Part shown: positions 31,687 to 44,881 of the stretch, one piece after another
How the letters are laid out: every line of letters begins with the position of its first letter
Numbering within the stretch: the first letter of the stretch is position 1
Source: Stylophora pistillata
Taxonomy: Eukaryota
Length of the DNA stretch: 64,000 nt
Direction: 5' to 3'
Assembly: GCF_002571385.2 (NCBI RefSeq)
Contig: NW_019217858.1
Span: 401,218-465,217, forward strand
Notes under the pieces: generated by a model
Told to the model about the DNA's origin: nothing
The model's input: only the letters and a program-made list of their open reading frames with translations
Database searches by the model: none
Program-made: the position numbers and the translations under genes

Positions 31687-33750
31687 GAAAACGAGCGTTT
31701 TGTGTTCGGAAGAATGAAATCTAATGACATCCTTTCACAACAACAAAAGAGTCCAAAAGTACAACATTAGGATTATACAGATCTTGTTACTTGACTAAAG
31801 GAAACGTTTTAAAACCACCCACAGTCTCTAAAACAGAATATTATGACGAAAACCCTTAAACGCAAAATATTAAAGCAGATGAACTGTTGTGGCAAAGTGT
31901 AAATCTCCCATCAAATGCGGGCTTTCGGTGCGCGTGGTTTAACCCGAGCTCTTAAGGCATTGAGTCGAAAAATAAGGTCTGTCTAGAATTTAATCCAAGT
32001 ATAACGGTGCGACCATAAATCGTGAAAGATTAGCACTGTCACTGCGGAGAAATAAAAGGGAAAAAAAACCTAGTCAATCAATCAATAAATCTCTAGTGAG
32101 GTCAAAGTGTCAGAGCTCAAAAAAGACAGAAAATTGATGCAAACACCCCTTGATCATGCTTTATCACGAGTGGTCTTATCAGAAAATGATAATAGTAAGC
32201 TGGCAGGGCGCAAGGTAAATTGTGGTAAGATATTTCACAAAAAGATTCTGGTCATGAAATTGTATGATTCCTCAAAGGTCTAGAAACGTACTTTATGCTC
32301 TCGATCAGTGGGTTAGGTAACGCGTTTTTTTTTTTTTTTCTTTTTTTTTTTCGCTCGCTCGTACGTGTTCAGTTCTATTTTTCCAGTCGGGCCGTTTGTA
32401 CGAAAACGGGATACTCTTGCAATCACATACGGAAACATTACTATCGGAGGACAGATGGCGGCCGGGTGGGGGGTGGGGGTGTGTCAGAAAATCTGAATGT
32501 CTTTAATGTTTAAGTGCTCTCCTTTATTTAGTCGAAAATCAGCTATTACTTTAAAAAAAAAACTTTTACACTAATACTCTAAGAAATAGAAGAAAATCTT
32601 CCCATCAAGTTTTGTCCCGTACAGAAGAATATCTACGAAATTCAAAACTCATGCCATAAACCTCACATGAGAGACTTCATCTCTTTTTAGATACCTCGCC
32701 CCCCTAGGAAAAGAGATCCTGTCCAAGAAGATATTTAAGACAACTTAAACGGTCCAGGCAAATGAAAATTTCATTCCTTGCATGAGCTTTACAGCACAAA
32801 TAACATAAAAAATAGCTACGCAATCCTCACGATATTCGGAAAGTGCTGACATCTTGGCGATGAAATATTCCACTTGAAAATTGTAATAAAAAGGATGGAA
32901 AATATACACTTCGCGGTGGTCGCACGCGCGAAGGCACGAAAACTTCCTCTACCTCTGCCACTTGCGTCACATATTTTATTCACAATATGACCGGAAATTC
33001 TTCACTACTTTATGAGCTTCATATCCGATGATTTCCTTTCTGCTTTTAGCTACTATCTCTTAAAACGCTGGTTTATTATCTTTACGCTCAGCTGCCACTT
33101 CAACTTTCCGCTCAACAATACCGCTTAAAAACCTGAGCATAACGTTACAGATTGATGCTCTTCTCTCCATAAGACAAGACAAGCCTTCCTTTTTATGCTT
33201 CAAGTTTTTTTAGTTGATAATTTGTACCCTTGGTGATTAATCAGATTAAACATGACGATGCAATCTTATTTCCGGGATTTCACCCTGAGACTACCATATC
33301 GTCCACTCTAATCACGAAAAACCCGACAACAGGACCATTGCACTGCTGTAAGAATCTTGCTGAAAGCTTTTCAATAAAACTCGTCAAATTCACATCAACG
33401 CCGCTGACGTTTACTGATAAAACACGAGATAACAAAAGCTGTTCGCTTATGTCAGCAAAAATTACTTTTGAAAAAATTTAGGTTACTGACACCATGCATT
33501 AGCAGGTCAAGACAACGCTTAAGATTATGCCTCATAAAGTTACCTTAGGCAAACATAACCTAGCACTTTCCAAAACATATGATATCCATTTTTAAGACTC
33601 TTATCATAACAGAACGGAAATGAACTCGCCCTAGGCAATAGTTATTCCCGTACCGCCAAACGCTGCAAAGTGCTATATATTGTACATGTACAATCCTCCT
33701 TCTATAAACATGATAAAAATGGAAGATAATTCCTTTTTATCGACTGAGTT

Positions 33751-33774
33751 GGCCAGTGTAAAGAGTTTCTAAAA

Positions 33775-33805
<31 letters not shown>

Positions 33806-33806
33806 G
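33751..33806 (-). ncRNA. Degenerate minimal hammerhead ribozyme motif (second copy)
   Basis: CTGACGA agggc taac gctc AAAAC GTC ag; GAAA mutated to AAAA; shares flanking ggcca..gtaaagagtttc with the 26651-26712 copy. Confidence 0.5.
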
Positions 33807-34589
33807 AGCTTCAAGGCATATGGATCCTACAAACACATTGATTTTTACTCAGGCTGAAATTGCGAGACTTGCACCATTCTAACAGTCGGAGTTATCTAGA
33901 TTCATCTGAACACTGAGTCTCGTGACTTCACGCTTAGTTTCGCTCGCGTAAGTACTCTTGTTTTCATCAGTACAAAGAGTCGAGATCAATTGATAACAGA
34001 AAGTTTAATTTCCCTATTGTTGAGATATGCACGACTAAGAATAAGCCGTTGATCAATGAATAGAAGCAGTGACCCTCTATGACTTAAGCCACGCTCTCTA
34101 TGCCGTGAATTATTTCAATTCTCTTATACAAGTTACAGCTTTCATCAGCTTTAGTTCCTTCTCTGACAGAAAAAAATACTTGTCTCAAGCAGGTTATAAT
34201 GGAGAAAGTTTCAACAAAAGAAAGATCTGCTTAGGTACATGTAGTTACATAACGATACATTTTTTTCGCCCATTTCGTCAATTAACTGTCCTTAACTAAG
34301 AGTACCATAGAGGCTTCAACATGTTGAGTCGATAAATTATTACTCCATTAAACAGAAAGGAAGGAGGCAGTACAGTGATAAATAAATAAGCTTCATAAAG
34401 GAGAAAGAACATTGTACACGTGGATTGCAAATAACAGTGGCTGAATATTTAAAGATAATTCTTTGTAAAATTCATGAACAGAAACATCAGTGGTTCTTTT
34501 AAGGAAGGTTAAGGAATGAAAACTTCGTGACCTGTGCTTGATCATTGGCGAATCCAACTCATTCTTGAGTAGAAATGCGCCCGTTCGCC

Positions 34590-34807
34590 TACCCTGGTCC
34601 CAGAGGTTCTCTTCTCTCTCTCGGAGTACGATAATTCGGCGCGAAGCGCCGACCAACGAGCTGCAAAGCAGCGAGCGGAGAGAACCTCTGGTCAGGACCG
34701 TTGAGAATCTCACTTTCATGCAACCAAGCTTTGCAGCTCGTTGGTCGGCGCTTCGCGCCGAATTATCGTACTCCGAGAGAGAGAAGAGAACCTCTGTGAC
34801 CAGGGTA
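34590..34807. mobile_element. Young hairpin MITE with 80-bp TIRs and 9-bp TSD (Mutator-like)
   Basis: Arms 34590-34669 / 34728-34807 with one mismatch; ccgttcgcc on both flanks. Confidence 0.88.
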
Positions 34808-35402
34808 CCGTTCGCCTTGAGAAGTTCTAAACTGCTTCCCACTTAAGATAATCATGACACCCAGACCAAACAAAGCTATCTGTTTCAGTTGTAATTTATC
34901 ACCCAGGTCCAGCAGATCGCCTTCATGCCAACGAAAGGAGAACTTTTATTGGCCATATTTTTTTGACAGTTACCAAAACTGAAAAATGTTTTCCTCTTGA
35001 ACTTCAATAGAGTCACTTTTTGCTGTGACTTTGAAAGGCTGTAAGTTGTGTGTAACTGAGTGGTTGGTAGCTTTTATCGTAGATTATTAGAATCATCTGT
35101 ACACTGAAGTCGGCGGATCCGGCCTTCCATCCCAAGCAATCGTAATTCATCACATATAGGTTTTATAAATGTGTTTTCCTAACCGTTCATTTTAATATCT
35201 TTTTCAATGTATAAATAACTGTTCAAGGATGCTTACATTTAAGCCTTGGGATCATGTGGGATCAAAAACTCAGTAGCTTAAAAGAAGCTTGGGCACATGA
35301 AACTCTACACCCACTCAGGGCCCAAAGGGTAAATGTTACCGATTTCGTAGCTCTTTAGTTTTGCAAATACCAATATCTCCTAAGGTTATCATTGCCTTTG
35401 AG

Positions 35403-35732
35403 GAGGGGGGCTTTGTGATTTTCGGTTTTGCGGTTTTGACTGTTTTTTGGATCAGTTTTTCGGTTTTTGGGCCGAAAAGGTTCGGTTTTTCGGTTTTGAT
35501 GTTCAGAGCGGTTTGCGGATTTTACGTGTTTTTGCATTCGGTTTTCGGTTTTCACGAAAACTCCGATGCAGTTTTCGGTTTTTCCTTTTTGACCCTTTAA
35601 AGGTGAAGATGTAGCGGTTTTGTCAGGTTTGCATGCGGTTTTCGGTTTTGCTGCCTTTTTTCGTCGGTTTTTCGGTTTTGGAGGTTTTTTTCTCCAGTTT
35701 TGCAGTTTCCCAGAGGCCCCAATGCCCCCCTC
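35403..35732. mobile_element. Unclassified MITE with internal TTTTCGG repeats and 6-bp TSD
   Basis: TIRs GAGGGGGGC(T/A)TTG; tttgag at 35397-35402 and 35733-35738. Confidence 0.75.
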
Positions 35733-36876
35733 TTTGAGTGTATTGAAAGGACTTCCAAGGGCATAACCAATCTTTTACACGAAAGGATTTCAGTTCTTCT
35801 TCAAGTTCTCAAAGCCTTCACTCTTCGTGTCTAAAAGAGTCTATTTGGCTTTGGCCGTAATTTAGTAAAAGTTGCCGGGGTCAGATTTGTTCGGTGATTT
35901 TAGGTATTGGCAAATGCTTACAAAGTTCTCAGGCATATTTCTAGAAATCAACACATGTAATGAAAAAAAGCGCGTGCTAAGGTAGTTCCGGAAGGCTTGC
36001 GGTTTGAAAAATTAATCTTCAGTAGTTTCGTGCACGACTCTGCAAGTTCCTCTGTTTTCTTGAAAAGTACCAAGCAGTTAAAGGCAACTAAGAGGCACAA
36101 GTATGAATCCTAACGCCTCCTTCCCGCCGATGCTATGCTCAACGTATCATTCACTCTCCTTATAAATTTTTTTCAGTGGTTCTTATCATTTGCTCTATTT
36201 GCTTAGCCGTTTGACCTAACAAAGAAAATTATTAGCTACGGTCCTCAGCGCTTTATCACCAATGATCACGTCCCAAAAATACAACAATTTAATTTAATTT
36301 TATAATGAGTATTTTTGTAAGTTACAACGTTTTTACGTTTGATAAACTAAATCACAAAGAGAGGTGACGTAATGATGTGGGCGGAATACATGATATCTTG
36401 CGAAATCTTTTGTAGACGTGACTCATTCTCGCTTCTTGTTTTGCAGACTGAAGATGCATTTCCGGTAATATTTTCGCAATAGATTGATTGCGCACGCTTC
36501 AAGTGGTCATTACGTCACTTTGATGAGGTGCAAACATCTACTATGGCCTCACCGTGGGTGTAACCAAAAAGGCCACACTCGTTTACAAGGACTCTGTACT
36601 CGCTGAAAAAACGAGAGGCTGTTTCCGAAAAAGTCTGCGTTCAAAGTTCATTTAATTAAGGACTTTGGCTGTATGATTCATTGGAAGGAAAAGGAAGTTG
36701 ACATTGGAAACCAACTTTAAGTAGAAAGAAGATTTTTTTTACACGTAGATAGGAAATTTAAAGGATCAGCAAGAACTGAGTTTCTGATTTTTTTAAATTT
36801 ATCCTTAAATCTCGCCAGAATTAAGAACTAATTCTAAGGATGTTGTCGTTTCGTAAAACTGAATGAAAATTATTGA

Positions 36877-37205
36877 AATATTATTACACGACTCGGGCAG
36901 TCAGAGGGCCAATAACTAAAATCAACCAATCAAAATGCTATATTGCCGGTCAATATTCTCTCAGTATTGGACCGGGCACTGTCCCGAATGGTCCCGAATG
37001 GTCCCGAATGATACCGCACTTGTGTCCCTTTGAACTTCAGTCGTATAATAAATCTCTTATTAACCAAGCTTGCTCGGGACCGTACTGGAAGAATATCGGC
37101 CCTCGGTCTTTTTTGTAAGGACCTCGCTGTGCTCGGTCCGTACTGTCAAGACCTCGGGCCGATATTCTCCCAGTACGGCCCTCGCGCTTGGTTAATAAGA
37201 TATAT
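36877..37205. mobile_element. Interspersed repeat with terminal hairpin (37055-37200) and (tcccgaatgg)3
   Basis: tcttattaaccaagc…ccgtactgg..gaatatcggccc / gggccgatattctcccagtacgg…gcttggttaataaga. Confidence 0.6.
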
Positions 37206-40200
37206 GTATTACATCAGGGGGTGTTGAGCTCCTGATTATACATAAAGGTCAAGAAAGAGTTCTAAGTAGTTCTAAGTAAGAAGTTATCGTTTCGAAAAAC
37301 TAAATAAAAATATCACATCAGAGGGTGTTGGCGTTGAGCTCTTGATTATACCAAAAGGTCAGGAAAGAGAAAGCAACGCACGTGGGACTGACTCGATGTC
37401 TTGGACTAAAAATGTGTGGTTCACTCTTACATCTGAAAGGCCTAAGGGAGCATAAAAAGAAGTTGAGTAGAATCTTAAACAGCACCTCATTCCAGAAAGA
37501 GCCACATTTGTAGGAGTTAGAGTAATTTGAGAGGTCGATATATTCAATGCAAGAAAATCGCGTTGCAGATTTCGTATTGTCTTCAACTTTAGTTGGGAGC
37601 AATTTTTGAAGATCGAGGGTCCTATAAAGAAAAAACTATCGCTAAAGCTCTAATCTCGGTGCCCTTTATCCTTTCGACCCAAAGACTACAATGTAGATTC
37701 GCCATGTTCTCTAACACTCATTTCTTGTGATATTTGTTTCGCGAATTTGGTCTAAATCAAACAATGTTCTGTAATTTTACATTTTTCTTTATTACTATTA
37801 TTGCATGGTGGGAAAACGGCTGCATTCCTCTAAAATTCCGTGAGGTAGATAAGAGCTTGAAAGACATGTATGGTCGCTACCAAGAGGGTTTGCGTCTTTT
37901 AGGTTTGTAGGAAAATACACTAACAAATTCATGGCCTTTTTCACGTTCTATCCTTCATGGTCAAAGATATAAACGCCTTTTTAACCATATAGCTCCAACC
38001 GCAGTCATTCTACTAGATTTTTTAAATAACTGCAGCGTAATCACACTGTTGATGGATTTGTTTCGCATCACTGATTCGCTCCTCACATGGAAACGTTGGT
38101 ACATTGCCAGGGGATACACTGAGAAGCTGAAGAGCTACAATGGCTTTTACTTTTCTCTCTTTCTAAGCTCTTTCTTTCCCTCAAACTTGGTATTTTACTC
38201 CTGTTAAGACAATTACAGTAACTCGTGACAGCATGTGCTATTCCTAACTTAACCCTTCAAAACAACTTTTAGACTATTTTGGTACCTACAATTTAAACCC
38301 ATAAATCTGGGCTGAGATTACAAAATTTCCACTCTCTTGATTGTTGCTTTTTGGAGAAATTACTCGACGAGTAAGCCTTCATTCCTGCCAACAACAGAAT
38401 GGAAGTCCAGGAGAGTGTTAGGTTGTCAGAGGCGCCTTTTGTAAATAGGATGAAACGTCACTTATTAATATGTACACCCCAAAGTTCTTTACATGAAAAG
38501 ATGTACTTTACTCATTATGGTTCCTGATTTAATCGACTTGCGAAACCATGAATTCATTCTATAATTTCGTTTCTAAAATTCCCTTTACCTCTCAACATAG
38601 GTTGCTAAACCAGATTAGCTTCTACAGAATACTCAACAAATGTCAGACGGCTAAGAACACGCAAAGTTTTTGACTGCCTGGACATTGCCTTTCCGAACAG
38701 CCCATGGGGTAACAGCCAGGAGCACGCGAGCTTGTTTATTGTCTGGACTTTTAGTGGGCTAAGACCATGCAATTTTGTCACCGTCCTGGATCGTGGTCAA
38801 CCAACAAGTGGTAAAATACCATGACTCGATTGTGACTGGGCTTATACAACGGAAGGTTTTTCTGGCGGACCCTAACGAGAAAATGGAGACGTGATCTGGC
38901 AAATGGCCAATATTTTCAGTGACGGAATGAGTGAGCTGGTCGTTCCAGGATCGTCGAGGGAGTAACTCGATCGTCACTAACATTTTAGTGGTCGAAGTTA
39001 CCCGTCAAAGAACAGAAGACTACACGTAACCACACTTTGAAAACGACAAAATGAATAAGATATAAAAAGAAGCTCCTTTAAAACTATGCTCAGCTGTCTT
39101 TGGATAATATAAGAGTGCACTGTCTGGCTGCTGCGGATCCCGACCGTCAACCCAAGATATCAACTTTACTGAAGCGAGTTGAAGTTCATGATTTTCGAAC
39201 TTTTCAGAGTTTCCAATATTACTGCCGGTTAAATGGAGCAGCGCAGAAGAGTCCTTCTCTACCTTTAACCGACCCGTTATTCCACCAATATCTGTGTTCT
39301 ACCGTTAAAGCCGCTCCATTTAAAAGGCGTCTGCCTTTGGGATGATAAATTCCTTTGATCTGAAACTTGTCAAACCAAAACTACCATACGATGAAGAAAA
39401 TTCACAGCGCAGTCTGCAACGGTCCGCCACAAATTGACCAAATGAGGAGGTATTGAATCTCAACCTAATTTTTTTTTTATTTTCATCTTCTGACGATATC
39501 ATTGTCAAAATAAAATGTTATTTTGGCGGACTGCGCTGAAATCTTTATCACCGTATTCTTTGTACATGTGCCAAATTATTTTGAGTAACATTAAATTGGC
39601 TCGAATTTAGAGAAGTTTTTCTCCAAAACGGCCTTTCGAACACACCCCCTTATTCCATGCAGTTCCACAACTTTCATGACATCTGAAATAATTGTTTTTT
39701 TCTCCAGATTATATGTAGCATCTTGTATTGTATGTGCAAATTTAGTCACTACAACAAATCTGTCACGAGATATTCTATGATCAAAAATGGCGAAAAATTC
39801 ACCAAATTAGCCTCCAGTACCACCTAAATTAATACCTACCCTAATTTTTCGCTTCCCGCAGAAATAAGGGGACAAGACTTGTGTGCTTTCCATTAAGTAT
39901 GAAAAAGTTTAGGGAGTTCTGTTTGCGGATTGGACATTCTTTTAAGTAAAAGAACTTTCGCGGTCCGAGGGCACCGAGATTAAATTAAATTCAGATTTTC
40001 TTTTCAGTCAGCAGAACATCAATTCGGAAGAAAATCGGTAGTACAGCGTATTCTCAACTTTTTTTGCTTGTTGATGAACGGCACTCAACTTAAACGAAAC
40101 GCTAATTTCACTGAATATCATAATAGCTTAGAACTTTGCTCTTCTAGAGGCCGACACTACCGTGCAATCGAACAAAAAAAACTTTATACCTTGCGCTGCC

Positions 40201-40364
40201 GTCTCTCTTCAGGTATTTTTTCGTTTCTTTGTTCTGCATTTGGAGAACTAAAGCGACTTATTTTTCCTGATTTTTACTGGGGAGCTAGTTCTTGCGGATC
40301 CAGGGTAAAACGGAAATCCCAAAAAAAATTTATTTTAAAAAACCACACGGCAACATCACGCGAT

Positions 40365-41105
40365 AATAGTTAGATTAAGCGCCGCGAAAACGGCGAACGC
40401 TGAACGTAGGCTAGCCGCGTTTGTCGTTTGCCGTTCCGTCCACGATGTTCGTCTGTTTAACTTCTTCCCGACGAAAAAGAGGCATGACTATAACTTTAAA
40501 ATAAAATAAAAACAGGAAATGGCTGTACATAATTTTTATGGGCCAAATATAAAGTTCTAAAGCGATTTACCCAAGTGAGAGAAGTTCAAAACAAAAACGA
40601 GTGTTAAATATATATGTAAGCTTACAAAAATTTCTAAACATTTGAAATTAACTAGGTATTAACTAAATGTTCGCTCAAAAAGAAACTTTTTCAACTTATT
40701 GTTAAAAATATCAACTGAAATACAGTTCAGTACAGGCAAGGCCCATATTTCTTAATTGTCCCAAGGCAAATGTTCTCGGTCGCCATTCACTGCAACTAGA
40801 AATAATGGATACAAAGAAGTAATGTATTTTCCGCTTGAATTTGAACTCTATTAGCTTTACAAGCAGTTCATATAGAAGTAAAATGATAAACGAAGCTTAG
40901 CTATAAAAGCAAGCGATGAAATTGTAGAAATAGGCCGTAAAAATGGGCTGCAAATACTCACGTTTTCGCGTTCCCTAAAAACGGGAAAAATGTCCTCCTC
41001 GAGTAGAAACGGCGGCCGGCAAACGGCAAACGAGGGAAATGTCTGGTCACGTGACCCTCTCTGCTGTTCGCGGGGAAAAAATACGTGGTGCTTAATCTCT
41101 CTATT
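40365..41105. mobile_element. Non-autonomous TIR element
   Basis: aatagttagattaagcgccgcg / cgtggtgcttaatctctctatt; sub-terminal aaacggc repeats. Confidence 0.55.
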
Positions 41106-41460
41106 GAAGTACCGTAACTGGAAAAGGGCAGTCGTCGTGTGATTCCCAGCAAGGCATTCACAGATATAACTCTTGACTCTTTCTCGATATATTTCTTAGC
41201 GGCCCATTTTTTTCGGAATACGAAAGAAAGATTTTCCAACGTAAATGCACAATGTGATCAAATGAGTAAAGTTAGACCAATAATTTACGTGCGAGCCTAA
41301 CTCCATTTACTAGACAATACTGTCAAACTGCTTTGTGACTGTTGACAGATATCACTCCCGTTGCGTTTTCCTTAATTTGACGAGATAGTACCAGTCATAT
41401 ATTAGAGGACATATGAAATCGAGGAACAAATTGGGTCTTAATCATACATTATTGACTTAC

Positions 41461-43143
41461 CTGACGCGGGATTGTCCTTTGCTTGGTAAGGGTCGCTCCT
41501 CACCCTTGTGGTTTGGAGTTTTTGTTGAGGTTAAGTGCCAGACAAGTGAGTACCTGCCGGGAGGGAAAACTTGTGGTCTTTCCCTCTTGGGCAGGTGGTT
41601 CTTTTTTCTTTTGGCCTTGGTCACCCATCCCTCAGACTAGTCTTTGGGTTGGGGCCGAGCTTTGCTATGGTTGTGTCCTTTAATAGGACAATCGACATTG
41701 ATTGCCGGGGGCTCCCTGAGGGGATGTTTTTCCCGGAGGCGGTGGAATTGTTGCTAAATTTTTTCGATCGTGAGTCAGACCATCAGGTGGCTGCTGTGCA
41801 GGCGTGCCCCGTCCGTGTTGCCAGGGTTACTTTTATGGAGAACGGTGAGGTGGCTAAACTCTTCTTTGAGGAGCTGGGTGTGGTCAAGTTGGGCGACGTT
41901 GAGTGTAGGGTGGTTAAGCCCCCTCCTCCTCCACCCCAACTTACCACTGTTGTTATATCGTGGTTCCCCTTCGAGGGATCTAATGAGGCCATTAGTACGG
42001 CCTTGTCGGCTTACGGCTCTGTGAAATCTGTTCGTAATCAGGTTTGGCCCGGTAGGCCTTCGGTCTCTACCGGGTCTCGTGTTGCGCAGATGGTGGTGCG
42101 GAAAGTTATTCCGCCGTTTATCCCCATCCGGGGTGTCCGCTGCAAATTTTGGTATAGGGGGCAGCCCCTTTAGTGTGTCACTTGCCGCAAGGTTGGCCAC
42201 AAGTCGGCTGAGTGTCTCCTTAGGGGCAAATGTTTTCGCTGCCGTCAGGATGGGCATTTGGCTAGAAACTTCAAGGTGGCCGTGGGTGCTCTAGCCGAGG
42301 CAGTGGATGCACCTGCGGTCACAGGAACTGTTGAGTCCAGTGCTTAGATGATTGATGTTCCCTCGCCTACTGATGACAGTACGCCTGTGGCCCATGAAAG
42401 TGCAGCCGTACCCGAGACCCATGACAGTATTGCTGTGGCAGACTGTGATGAAGAGTGTGAGTACACCTCGGATGCCAGTGACGATCGCTTCACGTCCTGC
42501 ATACCTGCCGACCAAGTTTCAGCAACAGATAACGATGGTCCCTGGTCTACTGTCTCCCGAAAACGTTCTGCTCCTCCGACGCCTCCGGTCTCGAAAGGAT
42601 CCGCCAAGAAGGCCCAGCACTCCTCGCAAGATGCTGTGCCAGCCCTTAAAGAGACGTCTAAGCAACTCTCTTCCATGGCTATTATCTCAACCAAATCCAG
42701 AAGTGAGGTCCTCGAGATCCTCTCTCAACCTGCTGGTTTCAAAGCTGAGGGTATGGATCGACGGCGGTTAGCCTCATACCTACGCGTTCCTCAACAGTCA
42801 ATTGTGTGAGTCCCTAATCCCTAATCCAAACCCTGGTTCCCCTAAAGTACTTTCCTAAGAATTAGTTAAAACAAAATTAGTTTAAAATATTAAAACAAAG
42901 ACAACTAAAAAGTAGTTATGTTACCGAGTGCGCGTGTTTAATTTTTGGCGTGTGTGTGTTAATTTTTGTAGGAGGTAGGGTTCGACTCCCTAGCGAAGTT
43001 GGCGACTGGTGTCCCTCGTTTCTGGCGGTCCCAACCCTAAGGCCTTGCACTTTAGCCATGGGTTGGATCAGAAGTGTGTTCGGCAGGCATTGCACCACCC
43101 TCATGGGAGCCTGGCCGTCCGTCTTAAACACACACAAAAAAAA
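41461..43143 (+). mobile_element. ORF1-only non-LTR retroelement (HAL1-like, Tx1/L1 clade)
   Basis: 15-bp TSD acattattgacttac (41446-41460 and 43144-43158); (CA)n/poly-A tail; single ORF1; no RT/endonuclease. Confidence 0.85.
41667..42809 (+). pseudogene. Tx1/L1-type ORF1 (RRM-like plus CCHC zinc knuckles; ZCCHC3-like), two in-frame stops
   Basis: FPFEGSNEAISTALSAYGSV…STGSRV…WYRGQPL*CVTCRKVGHKSAEC…CFRCRQDGHLARN; TAG at 42171-42173 and 42345-42347 in one frame. Confidence 0.82.
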
Positions 43144-43219
43144 ACATTATTGACTTACAAGTGATTCGAAACCAAAGGGGATTTACGTAAGTATCGCCGT
43201 TAATCATAAGGTATTTGAC

Positions 43220-43537
43220 CATAGGCAGACCACACTATGTGTTCGTGGTTAATAACTGTTGACTCCGAAAATAAACAAATCTATGAGGGTTACGAATAAG
43301 GCTCTGAAAATTGTACATCTAAAATACATCACGGTCCGTAAATAGACGGACGGCCCACGAGGACGAAAAATTACCACAAAAGATTCGATCAATATTTCAT
43401 TTAACTTTAGCAAGATGTTCAGACAGAGACATAATTTCCATATGCAATTTTCAGAGCTTTATTTATAGTTCTCATAGAGTTTGTTCGTCTCATGTCAAAC
43501 ATTATTCACCACGAACACATAGCGTGGTCTGCCTGTG
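43220..43537. mobile_element. MITE with ~45-bp TIRs, P-superfamily-like ends
   Basis: cataggcagaccacactatgtgttcgtgg / ccacgaacacatagcgtggtctgcctgtg; flanks atttgac / atctgac. Confidence 0.75.
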
Positions 43538-44881
43538 ATCTGACCAAAACACTAAGGATACTCACGAGTACCACTCGTTGACCGGTACGTCCGGAACGGC
43601 CGGTCGCCTCTAGCATATGATGTAGATTTTTCCCATGTTCCGTGCTACTTTAGAGACATTTCATCCGCTGAGGAAGATAAGGTATCTCTGACCTGCAACT
43701 TTCAGGAGAGTGGAACCATGCACTAGGTGAGGGCGCAGAGCGAGATACGCGCGGGGAAAATAAGGGAAAAAATTTCGCGATAATTTTTTTTTACACCTCA
43801 CTCCTCCCCCTCTTGCTCACTTCCTGCTTGCCTTCGCTCGCCTGAAAACCGCCAAATAAATGACCCCAGCTCTGCAGGCTGAGGGTTCCTAACAAGTTTC
43901 ACGAACAACCAAGCTAGGAACTGAAAAACACCCAGTACGGCTTGGCTTGAAAATTCCTCGTCTAGTCCTTTAGACGACAAACCTTGACTTTCGAAGCAGA
44001 AAGCCCTCTTGAGTTGTTTAACGTTTTCTTGGAGCAGACGAAACCTTATTAAATCAAGTGGAGAAGTAACCTTATTTACCATAATGTCGGGATTTCATCA
44101 TAGACTCTCGTCATCGTCATTAAAATAGTTGTGTGAATTTGGCCATGAAAACTATTACACTTTGTACCCTGGTTTCCATGTACTTTATTCTCATCACGTG
44201 TCTACTTGACTATTTTTGGAAGTGTTAGCAGAAATTACAAAGTAATAGCTAAAACGATCGAGCTTTTAATTAAAGAGTAAGCTCTGCAAATGACGCTCTA
44301 CTGAGATTTTACTTCTGTTGAAGGAAAATTTAGGCTTTCTATGACACTTTTTGGTATATTGTCTTCTTTATTGTCGCTTATTGTCTTAAGCAACCAGAGA
44401 AAATGCTGTCCATCTGACTATAAAGGTGACAGTAACTCGGCTTGACAACATAAAAACTTTTAGAAATCTACTGACGAAATTAAAAATAGACAACAGGAGA
44501 CTCAGGGAGAAAATATCCTGTAAAATTGGTTACATAACAACAAAGTAAACACCAAGTAGTATGGGGCGTTCCCAAGGTACTACCCTTTTCCATAAATTAA
44601 CGAGCTGCAACTTTCAAATTTCCTAGTTATAAATACAGTGCGGGAAATGAAAAGCAGAGATGGTCTACAAGTACAGCCACCTTGAAAGAATTAAAAAGGT
44701 GCAAACCGTTCTCGTATTAAAAGGAAAAAAAAAACAGCAGTTCTTCCCTAATCGAGAATTCAACATGTGATTAACCCTAAACGAACTCGAGGAGGGATGG
44801 AATTAAGAATGTAATTTCCAGGAAATTACTGTAGAGAAATCAACTTGAACCAAAGCAATTGCTTTCTCCACTAGTAAACAG

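Noticed and set aside
35355-35600. ORFs rich in ENRK/FGF
   Set aside because: Artefacts of the TTTTCGG repeat in a MITE.
37212-37369. ~50-bp diverged direct repeat about 105 bp apart
   Set aside because: Ordinary local duplication with no further structure.
41455-41470. acttacctg resembling the U1 snRNA 5' end at the retroelement start
   Set aside because: Most of the match lies in the TSD, and no U1 stem-loops or Sm site follow.
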